A program made the position numbers and the translations under genes. Below are positions 50,892 through 60,619 of a stretch of 64,000 nucleotides of DNA, piece by piece (position 1 is the stretch's first letter; each line of letters opens with the position of its first letter). Origin of the DNA: a bacterium (GTDB lineage: Bacteria; SM23-31); assembly GCA_965249485.1 (NCBI GenBank), contig OZ252239.1:1888001-1952000 (forward strand), read 5' to 3'. The notes beneath the pieces are model-generated. The model was not told the DNA's origin and searched no databases. It saw only the letters and a program-made list of their open reading frames with translations.

Positions 50892-51710
50892 ATGCATATC
50901 GATACTAAATCAATAACGAAGATATTGACGGAATTTATTGCAGATTGTATACGAAAAACTTCGAGTAAAAATGCTGTAGTCGGTTTATCTGGTGGTCTTG
51001 ATTCATCAATAGTTGCAGCACTTTCGGTTAGGGCGGTTGGGAAGGATAATGTATCCGGTGTGCTCTTGCCTTATAAACTGAGTTCAGAAGCAAGTAAAAC
51101 GGACGCAAGTAATCTTGCCGGTCAACTGGGGATTTCGGTCGAAACAATTGATATATCATCAGTTGCTGATACTTATTTTGAAAAGTATAAGATTACCGAT
51201 GATAACCGGAAAGCAAACTATCTTGCCCGACAGCGTATGGCTGTTTTGTATGATGTGGCTGCCCGGGAGAAGGGGCTTGTTATTGGAACAAGCAACAAGT
51301 CCGAAATCCTGCTTGGTTACGGAACAATTTATGGGGATCTTGGTCACGCAATCAATCCGGTTGGTGATCTCTACAAAACGCAGATGCGTCAGCTTGCAGA
51401 ATATCTCGAAATTCCTGAAACGATCCGGCAAAAAAAGCCGTCTGCTGATTTGATTGTAGGTCAGACCGATGAAGGTGATTTTGGTTTCACATATGAAAAA
51501 ATAGATAAATTTTTCTATTTGTGGTTAGAGAAAAAAAAGAGTGAATCACAGCTTGAAGAGATAGGGTATAAAAAAGAATTTATCAATGAAGTTCTGAGAC
51601 GTGTTAAGATAAATCATTTTAAACGTATACCACCACTTATTGCCAAGGTTTCACTGGTCACAATTGGAGTCGAGTTTAACTATGGCTGGGAATGGTCTGT
51701 ACAATCCTAA
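50892..51710 (+). CDS. nadE: NAD+ synthetase (synthetase domain only)
   Basis: GLSGGLDS, AR.RM..LYD, GTSNKSE..LGY.T.YGD, K.PSADL. Start is uncertain (50838 or 50892). Confidence 0.94.
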   Translation: MHIDTKSITKILTEFIADCIRKTSSKNAVVGLSGGLDSSIVAALSVRAVGKDNVSGVLLPYKLSSEASKTDASNLAGQLGISVETIDISSVADTYFEKYKITDDNRKANYLARQRMAVLYDVAAREKGLVIGTSNKSEILLGYGTIYGDLGHAINPVGDLYKTQMRQLAEYLEIPETIRQKKPSADLIVGQTDEGDFGFTYEKIDKFFYLWLEKKKSESQLEEIGYKKEFINEVLRRVKINHFKRIPPLIAKVSLVTIGVEFNYGWEWSVQS

Positions 51711-51815
51711 TTGATATGGTGAATTTACACTTTCTGCCAAAGAAATGTGAAAAAGTAATTGTATTTCATCAAAATTATTTTGAATTTACCGACTTATTTA
51801 ATGTCGTGATGAGCC

Positions 51816-52535
51816 ATGCATCTACCGGATAAAGGAAGTGTGCAAAATGACTCCTTGAAGCCGGGCTGTTTATACGTTGTATCAACACCTATAGGCAATC
51901 TTGGCGATTTTTCTTCACGTGCGGCTGATACTCTAAAATCAGTTGATATAATCGCTGCCGAAGATACACGAAAAGCATCGATTCTTAAACAACGTTTTAA
52001 TATTGCAACAAAAGTTGTCAGTTATTATGAACATAATGCACAGAGACGGATTCCACAACTCATAAATTATTTAGTTTCGGGTTCCGCTGTTGCACTCATT
52101 ACTGACGCAGGTACCCCGGGAATAGCCGATCCTGGATATAGATTGATAAACAGTTGCATAGAGAAAAATATTACTGTCGTTCCAATTCCAGGTCCGGCGG
52201 CATTTCTTGCGGCACTATCGGTTTCAGGACTCCCAACTGACCGATTTGTATTCGAAGGTTTTTTACCCGTCAAAAAAGGGAGAAAAAAGCGGCTGGAAAA
52301 TTTGACCGGAGAATGGAGGACATTATTGTTTTATGAGTCTCCTCACCGCATTCAACGGACTCTTCGAGATCTGTTTGACCACTTCGGAAACAGAGAAGTC
52401 GTTGTTGTCAGAGAACTGACAAAAATATATGAAGAAATTATAAGAACAACACTGCAGGATGCACAGCAATTATTTAAACAGCGAAAACCGAAAGGTGAAT
52501 TTGTTCTAGTTGTGCGTGGATGTGATCAGATATAA
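51816..52535 (+). CDS. rsmI: 16S rRNA C1402 2'-O-methyltransferase
   Basis: LYVVSTPIGNL.D, AEDTR, DAGTPGI.DPG, YESPHR, RELTK.YEE. Confidence 0.96.
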   Translation: MHLPDKGSVQNDSLKPGCLYVVSTPIGNLGDFSSRAADTLKSVDIIAAEDTRKASILKQRFNIATKVVSYYEHNAQRRIPQLINYLVSGSAVALITDAGTPGIADPGYRLINSCIEKNITVVPIPGPAAFLAALSVSGLPTDRFVFEGFLPVKKGRKKRLENLTGEWRTLLFYESPHRIQRTLRDLFDHFGNREVVVVRELTKIYEEIIRTTLQDAQQLFKQRKPKGEFVLVVRGCDQI

Positions 52536-52578
52536 TTATTGCGTGGAACCGGCAGTAAAGAACGATTGGCAAAACAAA

Positions 52579-53220
52579 ATGAAATTTTTGGCGAATGGAG
52601 TTCAGTCCTGGTATATTAATCTTCTTGATCCTGCGATAAACTTCTTTATTAGATTAGAAATACATCCGAACCACTTTACAACGATTGGGTTAGTCATCCA
52701 GTGTGTATCCACTTATTTTATAGCAACAGGTCATTTTCTGGTAGGGGGATCACTAGTCTGGCTTTCAGGCACCTGTGATATCATTGACGGCAAAATTGCC
52801 CGGACACGCGGCATCGGAACCAAATTCGGAGCTCTTTACGATTCGGTACTCGACCGCTATGCCGAGTTTATTATGTTTTTTGGCTTAAGTTATTATTTTG
52901 TCTCTCATGAATATTTTCTGACATCGATTATTACTTTTGTTGCGCTTGGTGGTTCACTGATGACAAGTTATATTAGAGCACGTAGTGAATCGCTTGGATT
53001 CTTTGAAAAGGTCGGAACAATGCAGCGGCCTGAACGCATAGTCTATATTGGCGGTGGATCTATACTGTCTGGCATACCGTATATTTTCCCTTATCCAATA
53101 GTTATTGTACTGATATTAATTGCGGTTCTTTCAAATTATACAGCATTTCAACGACTGGCAATAATGTACAAAGCAACCGATCAAGGACGGGAATTGCTAT
53201 ACCCGGATAAAGATGAATGA
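52579..53220 (+). CDS. CDP-alcohol phosphatidyltransferase (PIP synthase-like)
   Basis: D..DG..AR......FGA.YDS.LDRY motif, SYIRARSE, RPER. Start is uncertain. Confidence 0.9.
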   Translation: MKFLANGVQSWYINLLDPAINFFIRLEIHPNHFTTIGLVIQCVSTYFIATGHFLVGGSLVWLSGTCDIIDGKIARTRGIGTKFGALYDSVLDRYAEFIMFFGLSYYFVSHEYFLTSIITFVALGGSLMTSYIRARSESLGFFEKVGTMQRPERIVYIGGGSILSGIPYIFPYPIVIVLILIAVLSNYTAFQRLAIMYKATDQGRELLYPDKDE

Positions 53221-53229
53221 GGAAGAGAA

Positions 53230-53604
53230 ATGTTGATTAATAAGCTTAAATCAAAAATCCATAAAGCCCGTGTTACCGAAGCTGAGCTTCACTATGTTGG
53301 GAGTTTAACAATTGACAGAGATTTAATGGATATTGTTGGGCTCGTTCCGTATGAGAAAATTTTAGTAGCGAATATTGCAAATGGTAACCGATTTGAAACC
53401 TATGTTATCGAAGGATCACGGCAATCACGTACATTTTGTTTGAATGGGGCTACTGCGCATCTTGGCAGCGTTGGCGATGAATTAACCATATTTGCATTTT
53501 GTGATGTGACTTTGGAAGAAGAAAAGAAACTTGTACCGAAAATTGCGGTTCTTGATGAACATAATAATGTGATGACACTATCCGGAGGTGAGGATGTCAA
53601 GTAA
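53230..53604 (+). CDS. panD: Aspartate 1-decarboxylase
   Basis: KSKIH.A.VT.A.LHYVG|SLTID, NG.RFETY, LNGA.A. Confidence 0.96.
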   Translation: MLINKLKSKIHKARVTEAELHYVGSLTIDRDLMDIVGLVPYEKILVANIANGNRFETYVIEGSRQSRTFCLNGATAHLGSVGDELTIFAFCDVTLEEEKKLVPKIAVLDEHNNVMTLSGGEDVK

Positions 53605-54910
53605 TGGTTTGAATAATAAAAAGCCCACAGGTAAATTAGGAGTCCTCATTCCTGGTTTGGGAGCAGTGAGTACAACATTCATTGCGGGGGTATATGCTTG
53701 TATTGAGGGGATTTCAAAACCCATTGGTTCACTGACACAAATGGGAACGATTCGTCTTGGAAAACGGACAGATAAAAAATCTCCGAACATTAAGGATTTT
53801 GTACCGCTTGCTGATATTAAAGATCTAGTATTTGGAGGATGGGACATTTTTCCCGATAATTGTTATGAATCAGCCTGCACGGCCGGTGTCCTTGATGAGC
53901 GGCTTCTGGAAAAAATCAAACCTGCGCTTGAACGTATCAAGCCGATGAAAGCTGTGTTTGATAAAAAGTATGTTAAGAAACTTGACGGTTCCCATGTCAA
54001 ATCTGCCCCGTCAAAATATGAACTTGCCCAGCAATTAATAGATGACTGTAATCGATTCAAGGAAGAAAACGGATGTGACCGACTTGTCATGATCTGGTGC
54101 GGAAGCACTGAAATATTTTTGCAGCAGTCGGATACACATGCAACAATTGAAAAATTTGAAGAAGGGCTAAAAAAGAATTCACCCGATATAGCGCCGAGTA
54201 TGATCTATGCATATGCGGCGCTCACGTTAGGAATACCCTTTGCGAATGGTGCTCCGAATTTAACAGTAGATATTCCGGCGCATCGGGATCTGGCCAAAAA
54301 GAACAATGTACCGATCTGCGGAAAAGATTATAAGACCGGCCAGACACTGATGAAGACTATCATAGCACCAGGATTGAAAGCCCGTATGCTCGGATTGAGC
54401 GGGTGGTTTTCGACCAATATACTTGGTAATAGAGACGGTGAAGTCCTGGATGACCCCGAATCGTTTAAAACAAAAGAAGAAAGTAAACTTTCGGTTCTCG
54501 AGCATATCCTTCAACCCGAAATGTACCCTGAACTTTACGGTGATATGTCGCATAAAGTCCGGATTAACTACTATCCTCCCCGGCGTGATAATAAAGAGGG
54601 ATGGGACAATATCGATATTTTCGGGTGGCTTGGTTACGATATGCAGATTAAGGTGAATTTTCTCTGTAGAGATAGCATCCTTGCTGCCCCGATTGTCCTG
54701 GATCTTGTCCTACTGCTCGATCTTGCAAAACGGTGTGAAATGGGTGGAATTCAGGAGTGGTTATCTTTTTATTTCAAAAGTCCCATGTGTGTTCCTGAGG
54801 TGTATCCGGAACACGATTTGTTCATTCAATTAATGAAGCTCAAGAATACACTCCGGCATATTCAAGGAGAGGAACCAATTACACATCTTGGGCTCGAATA
54901 CTATGACTAA
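53594..54910 (+). CDS. ino1: myo-inositol-1-phosphate synthase
   Basis: GLGAVSTT, NGAPN, GKDYKTGQT..K, NILGNRDG, CRDSILAAP, SFYFKSP. Confidence 0.95.
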   Translation: MSSNGLNNKKPTGKLGVLIPGLGAVSTTFIAGVYACIEGISKPIGSLTQMGTIRLGKRTDKKSPNIKDFVPLADIKDLVFGGWDIFPDNCYESACTAGVLDERLLEKIKPALERIKPMKAVFDKKYVKKLDGSHVKSAPSKYELAQQLIDDCNRFKEENGCDRLVMIWCGSTEIFLQQSDTHATIEKFEEGLKKNSPDIAPSMIYAYAALTLGIPFANGAPNLTVDIPAHRDLAKKNNVPICGKDYKTGQTLMKTIIAPGLKARMLGLSGWFSTNILGNRDGEVLDDPESFKTKEESKLSVLEHILQPEMYPELYGDMSHKVRINYYPPRRDNKEGWDNIDIFGWLGYDMQIKVNFLCRDSILAAPIVLDLVLLLDLAKRCEMGGIQEWLSFYFKSPMCVPEVYPEHDLFIQLMKLKNTLRHIQGEEPITHLGLEYYD

Positions 54911-54987
54911 TTGAGCGACTGCTCTGTAGTCGAATTAATTGGCGCGCGTAAACAATAAATAAAGTTTCAGCCGCAGACCGCTTCATA

Positions 54988-56340
54988 ATGACAGAAAGAC
55001 AAAAAAAGACACATGGGATATTAAAGGAATATCTAAAAACTTCTCTGCCAGCAGTAGTAGACCTGTCTATTCAGCCGCTGGTATGGCTTTATGAAGCTTT
55101 TCTTATTGGGCAGATTAGTATTGCGGCTCTTGGCAGTGTCGGCTTGGCCTTCCAATTTGTTCTTGTAACATTCACGGCCGTCCTTACCTTTGTAGTAGGG
55201 AGTTCACTTATTATCAACAGACATCTGGGTCAAAAAAAAATCTTTGAGGCAAATCACATTTTTGGCCAGGCAATGATGATCGGGATTTTTCTGTCGATTA
55301 CGATTGCTTTGATCTGGTATTTCGGCTCTCCTATCCTATTTAAAATTATTAAAGAAAGCGAACCACACAGCCAAACGTTTGGGATTAATTATCTCCAAAC
55401 TCTTGCTTATTTTGCCCCAATTGCTATCATCTGCTTTATTGCTCTGGGTATTATCAGAGGAACAGGAGATACCCAATTTGCTCTTATAATCAATATTGTT
55501 ATAATCAGTATTAATGTCATTCTCGCACCACTGCTCATATTTGGTCAATTCGGACTGCCACGTTTGGAAGAGCGGGGACTTGCTCTTGCAAAAGGAATAT
55601 CATTTGCCGTAGGTTTTGTATTGACTGGTATCCTTGTCAGGAGCAGAAAGATTAATTTATATCTTTCGATACGTGAAATGACCAATGTCAAATGGGAGAG
55701 TGTCAAAATACTGTTTCGCTCGGGTTTTCCAACTACGGTTGAGCAGTTGACCTGGTCCACCGGATTGTTCGTGGTTTCTACCTATGTTGCCCGGCTGGGA
55801 GTAATCGGGTTGGCAACACATCAGATTCTGCTTCTGATTCAAGGTGTATTGTCCATGATCTATCAGGGACTTGGTATGGGTTCAATGATTTTAATTGGAA
55901 AAAAAATCGGCGCGGACGAACATCATCATGCAGAGCGTACGGGATTTGTTGCCGGAGGTGTTACTTTGTCCCTTGTGCTTGTAGTTGCATTGGCAATCTA
56001 TATATTTCAGGTTGAATTGTTCCGGGTATTTACAGATAGTCAGGAAATCCTTAATCTGGGTTTAACCGTTATCATTATTTTTGCGCTTGTCCAAATCCCG
56101 AAAGCCCTCAACAGTGTCTTGATTGGAAATCTGCGTGGAGCAGGGGAGTTGAAATGGATTATGTGGGTAACTATACTCGGTGTTGCCGTATTTGAAGTCA
56201 GCGCTTCATGGGTAATAGTTTTTGTGTTTCAGTTTGCACTTGCCGGTATCTGGATTGTACACGGCTGTGATGAAATATCACGCTTTCTCTTCAATTTTAT
56301 CCGCTTCAGAAACGGAAAATGGAAACTACAAAATTTGTAA
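54988..56340 (+). CDS. MATE family efflux transporter
   Basis: About 12 TM segments with RGTGDT and LRGAG motifs. Confidence 0.9.
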   Translation: MTERQKKTHGILKEYLKTSLPAVVDLSIQPLVWLYEAFLIGQISIAALGSVGLAFQFVLVTFTAVLTFVVGSSLIINRHLGQKKIFEANHIFGQAMMIGIFLSITIALIWYFGSPILFKIIKESEPHSQTFGINYLQTLAYFAPIAIICFIALGIIRGTGDTQFALIINIVIISINVILAPLLIFGQFGLPRLEERGLALAKGISFAVGFVLTGILVRSRKINLYLSIREMTNVKWESVKILFRSGFPTTVEQLTWSTGLFVVSTYVARLGVIGLATHQILLLIQGVLSMIYQGLGMGSMILIGKKIGADEHHHAERTGFVAGGVTLSLVLVVALAIYIFQVELFRVFTDSQEILNLGLTVIIIFALVQIPKALNSVLIGNLRGAGELKWIMWVTILGVAVFEVSASWVIVFVFQFALAGIWIVHGCDEISRFLFNFIRFRNGKWKLQNL

Positions 56341-56572
56341 TCTGCGTCGAAATATTTTCCTTTCCTTGTAACATTTCTCATATAATATATTATTGTGTCA
56401 TATTACCTCAGCAGTGTGTGAATCAATAAATTGCATTGATTCGGATCAATAAAGTTTGTTGCAACGAAATCTTTTGAGCTTCAAGAAATGAAATAATTGA
56501 CTCAAGTAGTTTTGCGTTTTACAGGGAAAATAGTTACATTAAATATTTTGAGAATTTAACAGATGGAAATCA

Positions 56573-58003
56573 ATGAAATATAGAATTGATTCGACAGAAG
56601 AACTGCTCTGCCATATTGGATTACTCGCTGATGAATATGGTACAGAAGTATATGTTGTGGGTGGTTTCCTGAGGGATGAAATACTTGGTCAAAAGGGCAA
56701 AGATATTGACTTTACCGTTACTAGAAATGGAATGGTTTTTGCCCAAAAATTAGCCGAATCATTGGGGATATCAGATATAATCAGCTATGAAAAATTCGGT
56801 ACTTGCATGATCCCATATAAAGATTTTAAGCTTGAATTTGTTCAAGCACGTGGGGAATTATATGAACCCGATTCACGAAAGCCAAATGTTACGGATGGCG
56901 ATCTTTTTACCGACCTGCAAAGGAGAGATTTTACAATCAACACGCTTGCAAAGAGGCTAACAAAAAGTGGTCTTGATGATACAATTGTTGACCATTTTAA
57001 CGGAATTGCAGATCTGAGTAATAAAGTTTTGAGAACACCACTCGACCCGATGCAAACATTTGATGACGATCCGCTTAGAATGATCAGAGCATTCCGATTT
57101 GCATCACGGTTCGAACTGACAATTGATGATACCTTAATTGAGGCAATCAAAAAAAACCGGGATCGAATTAAGATCGTATCTCAGGAGCGTATTACACATG
57201 AATTTCTTCAAATTATGCAAACCGGTAAGCCGTCGATAGGACTCGATCTTTTGCGTGTTTCCGAGCTGCTTGAAGTTTTATATCCCGAGTTACAACTGCT
57301 GATTGGTGTTGAGCAGCGTAGCGGGTTTCATCATAAGGATGTGTGGTTTCATACGCTTAAAGTGGTTGATAATGTAGCAAAAGCATCAGATGATCTCTAC
57401 CTTCGTCTTGCAGCACTTTATCATGATATTGCAAAACCGAAAACCAAACGATTTGTCGAAAACATTGGATGGACATTTCACGGACACGATGCACTCGGGG
57501 CAAATATGGTCAATTCAATCTTTAAAAAACATAAAATACCATTGATGTCACTTGCTTATGTCCAGAAACTGATCAGGCTGCATCTGAGGCCGATAAATCT
57601 ATCGAATGAAGAGGTGACTGCAAGTGCTATCAGACGCCTTGTAGTAGATGCCGGTAGTGATCTCGACGACTTATTGACCTTGTGCAGAGCAGATATTACT
57701 TCGGGAAATCCAAACCGGGTTAAAAGACACCTTGAAAATTTTGATATTGTTGAACAGCGGATTAGCGAAGTGGAAGAGCTTGACGCATTGAAAACATTCC
57801 AGTCTCCTGTTCGAGGTGAGGAAATAATGGAAGTTTGTGGACTGGAGCCATCACCAATGATTGGAAAATTAAAGGCAATGATTGAAGAAGCGATTCTTGA
57901 TGGAACGATTCCTTACGAGTACGATTCAGCTTATAAGTATTTACTGAAACTGAAAGATGAAGTTTTGCATGATCAAAATTCTACCAAGACAAAAGAAGCA
58001 TAA
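56573..58003 (+). CDS. cca: CCA tRNA nucleotidyltransferase with HD domain
   Basis: VGGFLRD, DIDF, RRDFTIN, DDPLR..RA.RF, HDIAKP. Confidence 0.93.
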   Translation: MKYRIDSTEELLCHIGLLADEYGTEVYVVGGFLRDEILGQKGKDIDFTVTRNGMVFAQKLAESLGISDIISYEKFGTCMIPYKDFKLEFVQARGELYEPDSRKPNVTDGDLFTDLQRRDFTINTLAKRLTKSGLDDTIVDHFNGIADLSNKVLRTPLDPMQTFDDDPLRMIRAFRFASRFELTIDDTLIEAIKKNRDRIKIVSQERITHEFLQIMQTGKPSIGLDLLRVSELLEVLYPELQLLIGVEQRSGFHHKDVWFHTLKVVDNVAKASDDLYLRLAALYHDIAKPKTKRFVENIGWTFHGHDALGANMVNSIFKKHKIPLMSLAYVQKLIRLHLRPINLSNEEVTASAIRRLVVDAGSDLDDLLTLCRADITSGNPNRVKRHLENFDIVEQRISEVEELDALKTFQSPVRGEEIMEVCGLEPSPMIGKLKAMIEEAILDGTIPYEYDSAYKYLLKLKDEVLHDQNSTKTKEA

Positions 58004-58014
58004 GCCGATACGAT

Positions 58015-59472
58015 ATGAATAAGAAAATTCAAAATCAGGAGTACCGTGTCCGATTTGCACCGAGTCCGACGGGAAATTTTCATATTGGAGGTGCACGGAC
58101 TGCACTCTTCAACTGGTTATTCACCAGAAGTAATAACGGTAAATTTCTGGTACGGATAGAAGATACTGACAAGGAACGATCATCACAGGAGTTTTTGGAT
58201 TCAATCCTCAACTCAATGCGATGGCTGGGACTAGAGTGGGATGAAGAGCTTTTTATACAGTCTCAAGCAATTGGTCAACATCGAAATGCGGTTGATGAGC
58301 TTCTGAAAAGCGGTGGTGCTTATAAGTGCTTCTGCACATTGGAAGAGCTCGATGTGAAACGGAAAGAATCATATAAAAACAAGAATCCTTATACATACGA
58401 AAGAACATGTTATCATTTGACAGCAAGAGAAGTACAAGAAAAAGTAGAAAATAGAATGCCTTTTGCAGTTCGCTGCATGGTCCCGCAGGGAGCAACAGAG
58501 TTTAACGACGGTATTCATGGAAAGACCGTCTTCCAAAATAAAGAAATAGACGATTTTATAATACTCCGGACTGACGGATCTCCGACCTACCAGCTAGCTG
58601 TTGTGGTGGATGATCATACAATGAAAATTACCCATGTCATTCGTGGTGATGACCACTTATCGAATACACCAAAGCAAATTATGCTCTATCAATCACTTGG
58701 GTGGTGTGTTCCCGAATTTGCACATATGCCGATGATTCTTGGTCCAGATAAAACGCGCCTCAGCAAACGACATGGTGCAGTATCGGTTGAGATTTACCGT
58801 GAGAGGGGATATCTTCCGGAAGCACTCCGAAATTTCTTGCTTCTGCTCGGTTGGTCTCCGGGAGACGACCGGGAAGTGATCCCGGTTGCAGAGGCAGTTC
58901 ATAAGTTTGATCTCCAAAATACATCTAAAAAATCTGCAGTATTTGATGAATCGAAACTTGAATGGATGAATGATCAGTATATCAGTTCTTTAGGGATTGA
59001 TGAGCTTTCAGAGCGTCTGATACCATTTATTAATACGGATACACAGTTCTCAGAAAGAGTTGCTGAAAAAGGGAGCGAATATTTCAGACAGGTGCTTGAA
59101 CTCGTTAAGCCGCGTATGAAGCTTCTGACAAATTTTATTGTATTCGGCGGCTATTATTACAGAGATCCGGTTGTGTTTGATCCGATAGCTGTTAAGAAAT
59201 ATTGGAAGGATGATGAGGTTATGGAACGTTTGGGGCGGGTAAGATTAAAAATGATGGATCTTGATGATTTTTCGGAAGAGGCAATTGAAATTTCTGTCCG
59301 TGATCTTGCTGATAATCTTGAGATATCAGCGGCGAAGCTTATTCATCCTATTCGTCTCGCACTAACCGGATTCGGGGTCAGTCCCGGACTATTCGAGGTA
59401 ATGTGCCTGCTTGGTAAAGAGACCGTCGTCGTTCGCCTAGAAAAAGCAATCCGTTATCTTAATAAATTATAG
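58015..59472 (+). CDS. gltX: Glutamate--tRNA ligase
   Basis: RFAPSPTG..HIGG, RIEDTD, LSKR. Confidence 0.97.
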   Translation: MNKKIQNQEYRVRFAPSPTGNFHIGGARTALFNWLFTRSNNGKFLVRIEDTDKERSSQEFLDSILNSMRWLGLEWDEELFIQSQAIGQHRNAVDELLKSGGAYKCFCTLEELDVKRKESYKNKNPYTYERTCYHLTAREVQEKVENRMPFAVRCMVPQGATEFNDGIHGKTVFQNKEIDDFIILRTDGSPTYQLAVVVDDHTMKITHVIRGDDHLSNTPKQIMLYQSLGWCVPEFAHMPMILGPDKTRLSKRHGAVSVEIYRERGYLPEALRNFLLLLGWSPGDDREVIPVAEAVHKFDLQNTSKKSAVFDESKLEWMNDQYISSLGIDELSERLIPFINTDTQFSERVAEKGSEYFRQVLELVKPRMKLLTNFIVFGGYYYRDPVVFDPIAVKKYWKDDEVMERLGRVRLKMMDLDDFSEEAIEISVRDLADNLEISAAKLIHPIRLALTGFGVSPGLFEVMCLLGKETVVVRLEKAIRYLNKL

Positions 59473-59503
59473 AAAATTTCGCCTGCAATAAGCACAAACG
59501 TTT

Positions 59504-59536
59504 AAAGGAGCATACTGGTATCGGTATGCTCCTTTT
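59504..59536. terminator. Bidirectional intrinsic terminator between gltX and flagellin
   Basis: AAAGGAGCATAC-loop-GTATGCTCCTTT(T) between convergent genes. Confidence 0.85.
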
Positions 59537-59560
59537 GTTAACTCAATTCAGTTCTCGCTT

Positions 59561-60247
59561 TTAGGTAAAGAGCGCGAGGACGTTTTGCGGTATAACATTC
59601 GACTGAGCAAGCTGTGCAGTAGCCGTTTGCTGGAGTATCTGGAACCGTGTACTTTCGAGCTGTTCTTTAGCAATGTCGGCATCGAGGATTCTTGCTTTGG
59701 TTGCCTCAGTATTGGTGGTAGAGATCGAGAGGGTTGTTTCTTTAACCGTGAGTCTCGATATGGTCGCCCCGATCTGTTGGAGCGACGTATTAATCAGATC
59801 GATTGCACTGTTCACATTCGAAAGCGCACTTGCAGCACTCGAGGAATTCGTGATATTATTTGAAACGTCCCCTGAAGCGACTGACAGGCTTGCCGCGCCG
59901 TGATTCTGAGTTATCGAAAATGAGAGCGTATCGGATGCCGCCTGGGTTACCAGTTCCTTCATCCTGATCAGGATGTCGGAGATACTCAAGAGCCCTCCCT
60001 CAGCAATCGAGAGCACATTCTTAGCGGTTCCGACATTATCAAGCGCGACCGACAAACCCCTGCTTCTGGCAACGAGCCGTTTTGAAATAACAAATCCTGC
60101 AGGATCGTCTGATACCTCGTTAATCCTGAGACCTGTTGCTAGTTTTAACTGGGGTTTTTCTAAATTGCGGTTGACACTCTTGAGGGCGTTGAGTGCATTA
60201 AACGCAGCTATATTAGTGTTGATACGGGTGGAATCTCCAATGGCCAT
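59561..60247 (-). CDS. fliC: Flagellin with an internal deletion (228 aa)
   Basis: RINTNIAA...LATGLRIN..SDDPAG N-terminus and RILDADIAKE...QILQQ...LAQSN..PQNVL C-terminus. Confidence 0.9.
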   Translation of the reverse strand: MAIGDSTRINTNIAAFNALNALKSVNRNLEKPQLKLATGLRINEVSDDPAGFVISKRLVARSRGLSVALDNVGTAKNVLSIAEGGLLSISDILIRMKELVTQAASDTLSFSITQNHGAASLSVASGDVSNNITNSSSAASALSNVNSAIDLINTSLQQIGATISRLTVKETTLSISTTNTEATKARILDADIAKEQLESTRFQILQQTATAQLAQSNVIPQNVLALFT

Positions 60248-60250
60248 ATC

Positions 60251-60296
60251 ATAACCTCCTTGTTATTGGTGGCCTGCCCGACCTCCATGCCGGACA
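60251..60296 (-). promoter_or_regulatory. Two ANGGA hairpin loops (CsrA-type sites) in the flagellin leader, one at the SD
   Basis: Minus strand TGTCCGGC-ATGGAG-GTCGGGCA and ATAAC-AAGGAG-GTTAT. Confidence 0.7.
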
Positions 60297-60369
60297 ATAG
60301 TAGGCTTCTGTTTCCTGAAACTAAAAAAATATACTACAAACTACATGAGTGTAATCTTGCTACTCTAAT

Positions 60370-60396
60370 GTATCGTCAATCTTTTGTGAAACTTTA
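60370..60396 (-). promoter_or_regulatory. sigma28 (FliA) promoter of flagellin
   Basis: Minus strand TAAA-N15-GACGATAC, against the consensus TAAA-N15-GCCGATAA. Confidence 0.8.
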
Positions 60397-60492
60397 TCAA
60401 AAATATGGTCATATCGCGGTCGGAACGAATCAAGAGTTCTTTAATATCTACTTGACCAACCAAGATTGAATCATACTCTGAAAATTCTCAAT

Positions 60493-60530
60493 AAGTGTCT
60501 CAATATCGACACTTTGTCTAATTTAATGCA
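60493..60530. promoter_or_regulatory. Palindromic upstream activator-like site(s) for a sigma54 bEBP
   Basis: AAGTGTC-N8-GACACTT followed by TGTC-N8-TGCA, 65-100 nt upstream of the -24 box. Confidence 0.5.
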
Positions 60531-60594
60531 CTTGCAATTACTTGAATACATAATCTTTGTGCTTAGAATTGTAATTGTAGGAGGATTTTGAAAT

Positions 60595-60609
60595 TGGCAT
60601 AGCGTTTGC
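60595..60609 (+). promoter_or_regulatory. sigma54 -24/-12 promoter
   Basis: TGGCAT-AGCGT-TTGC. Confidence 0.7.
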
Positions 60610-60619
60610 CCTCAAATAA

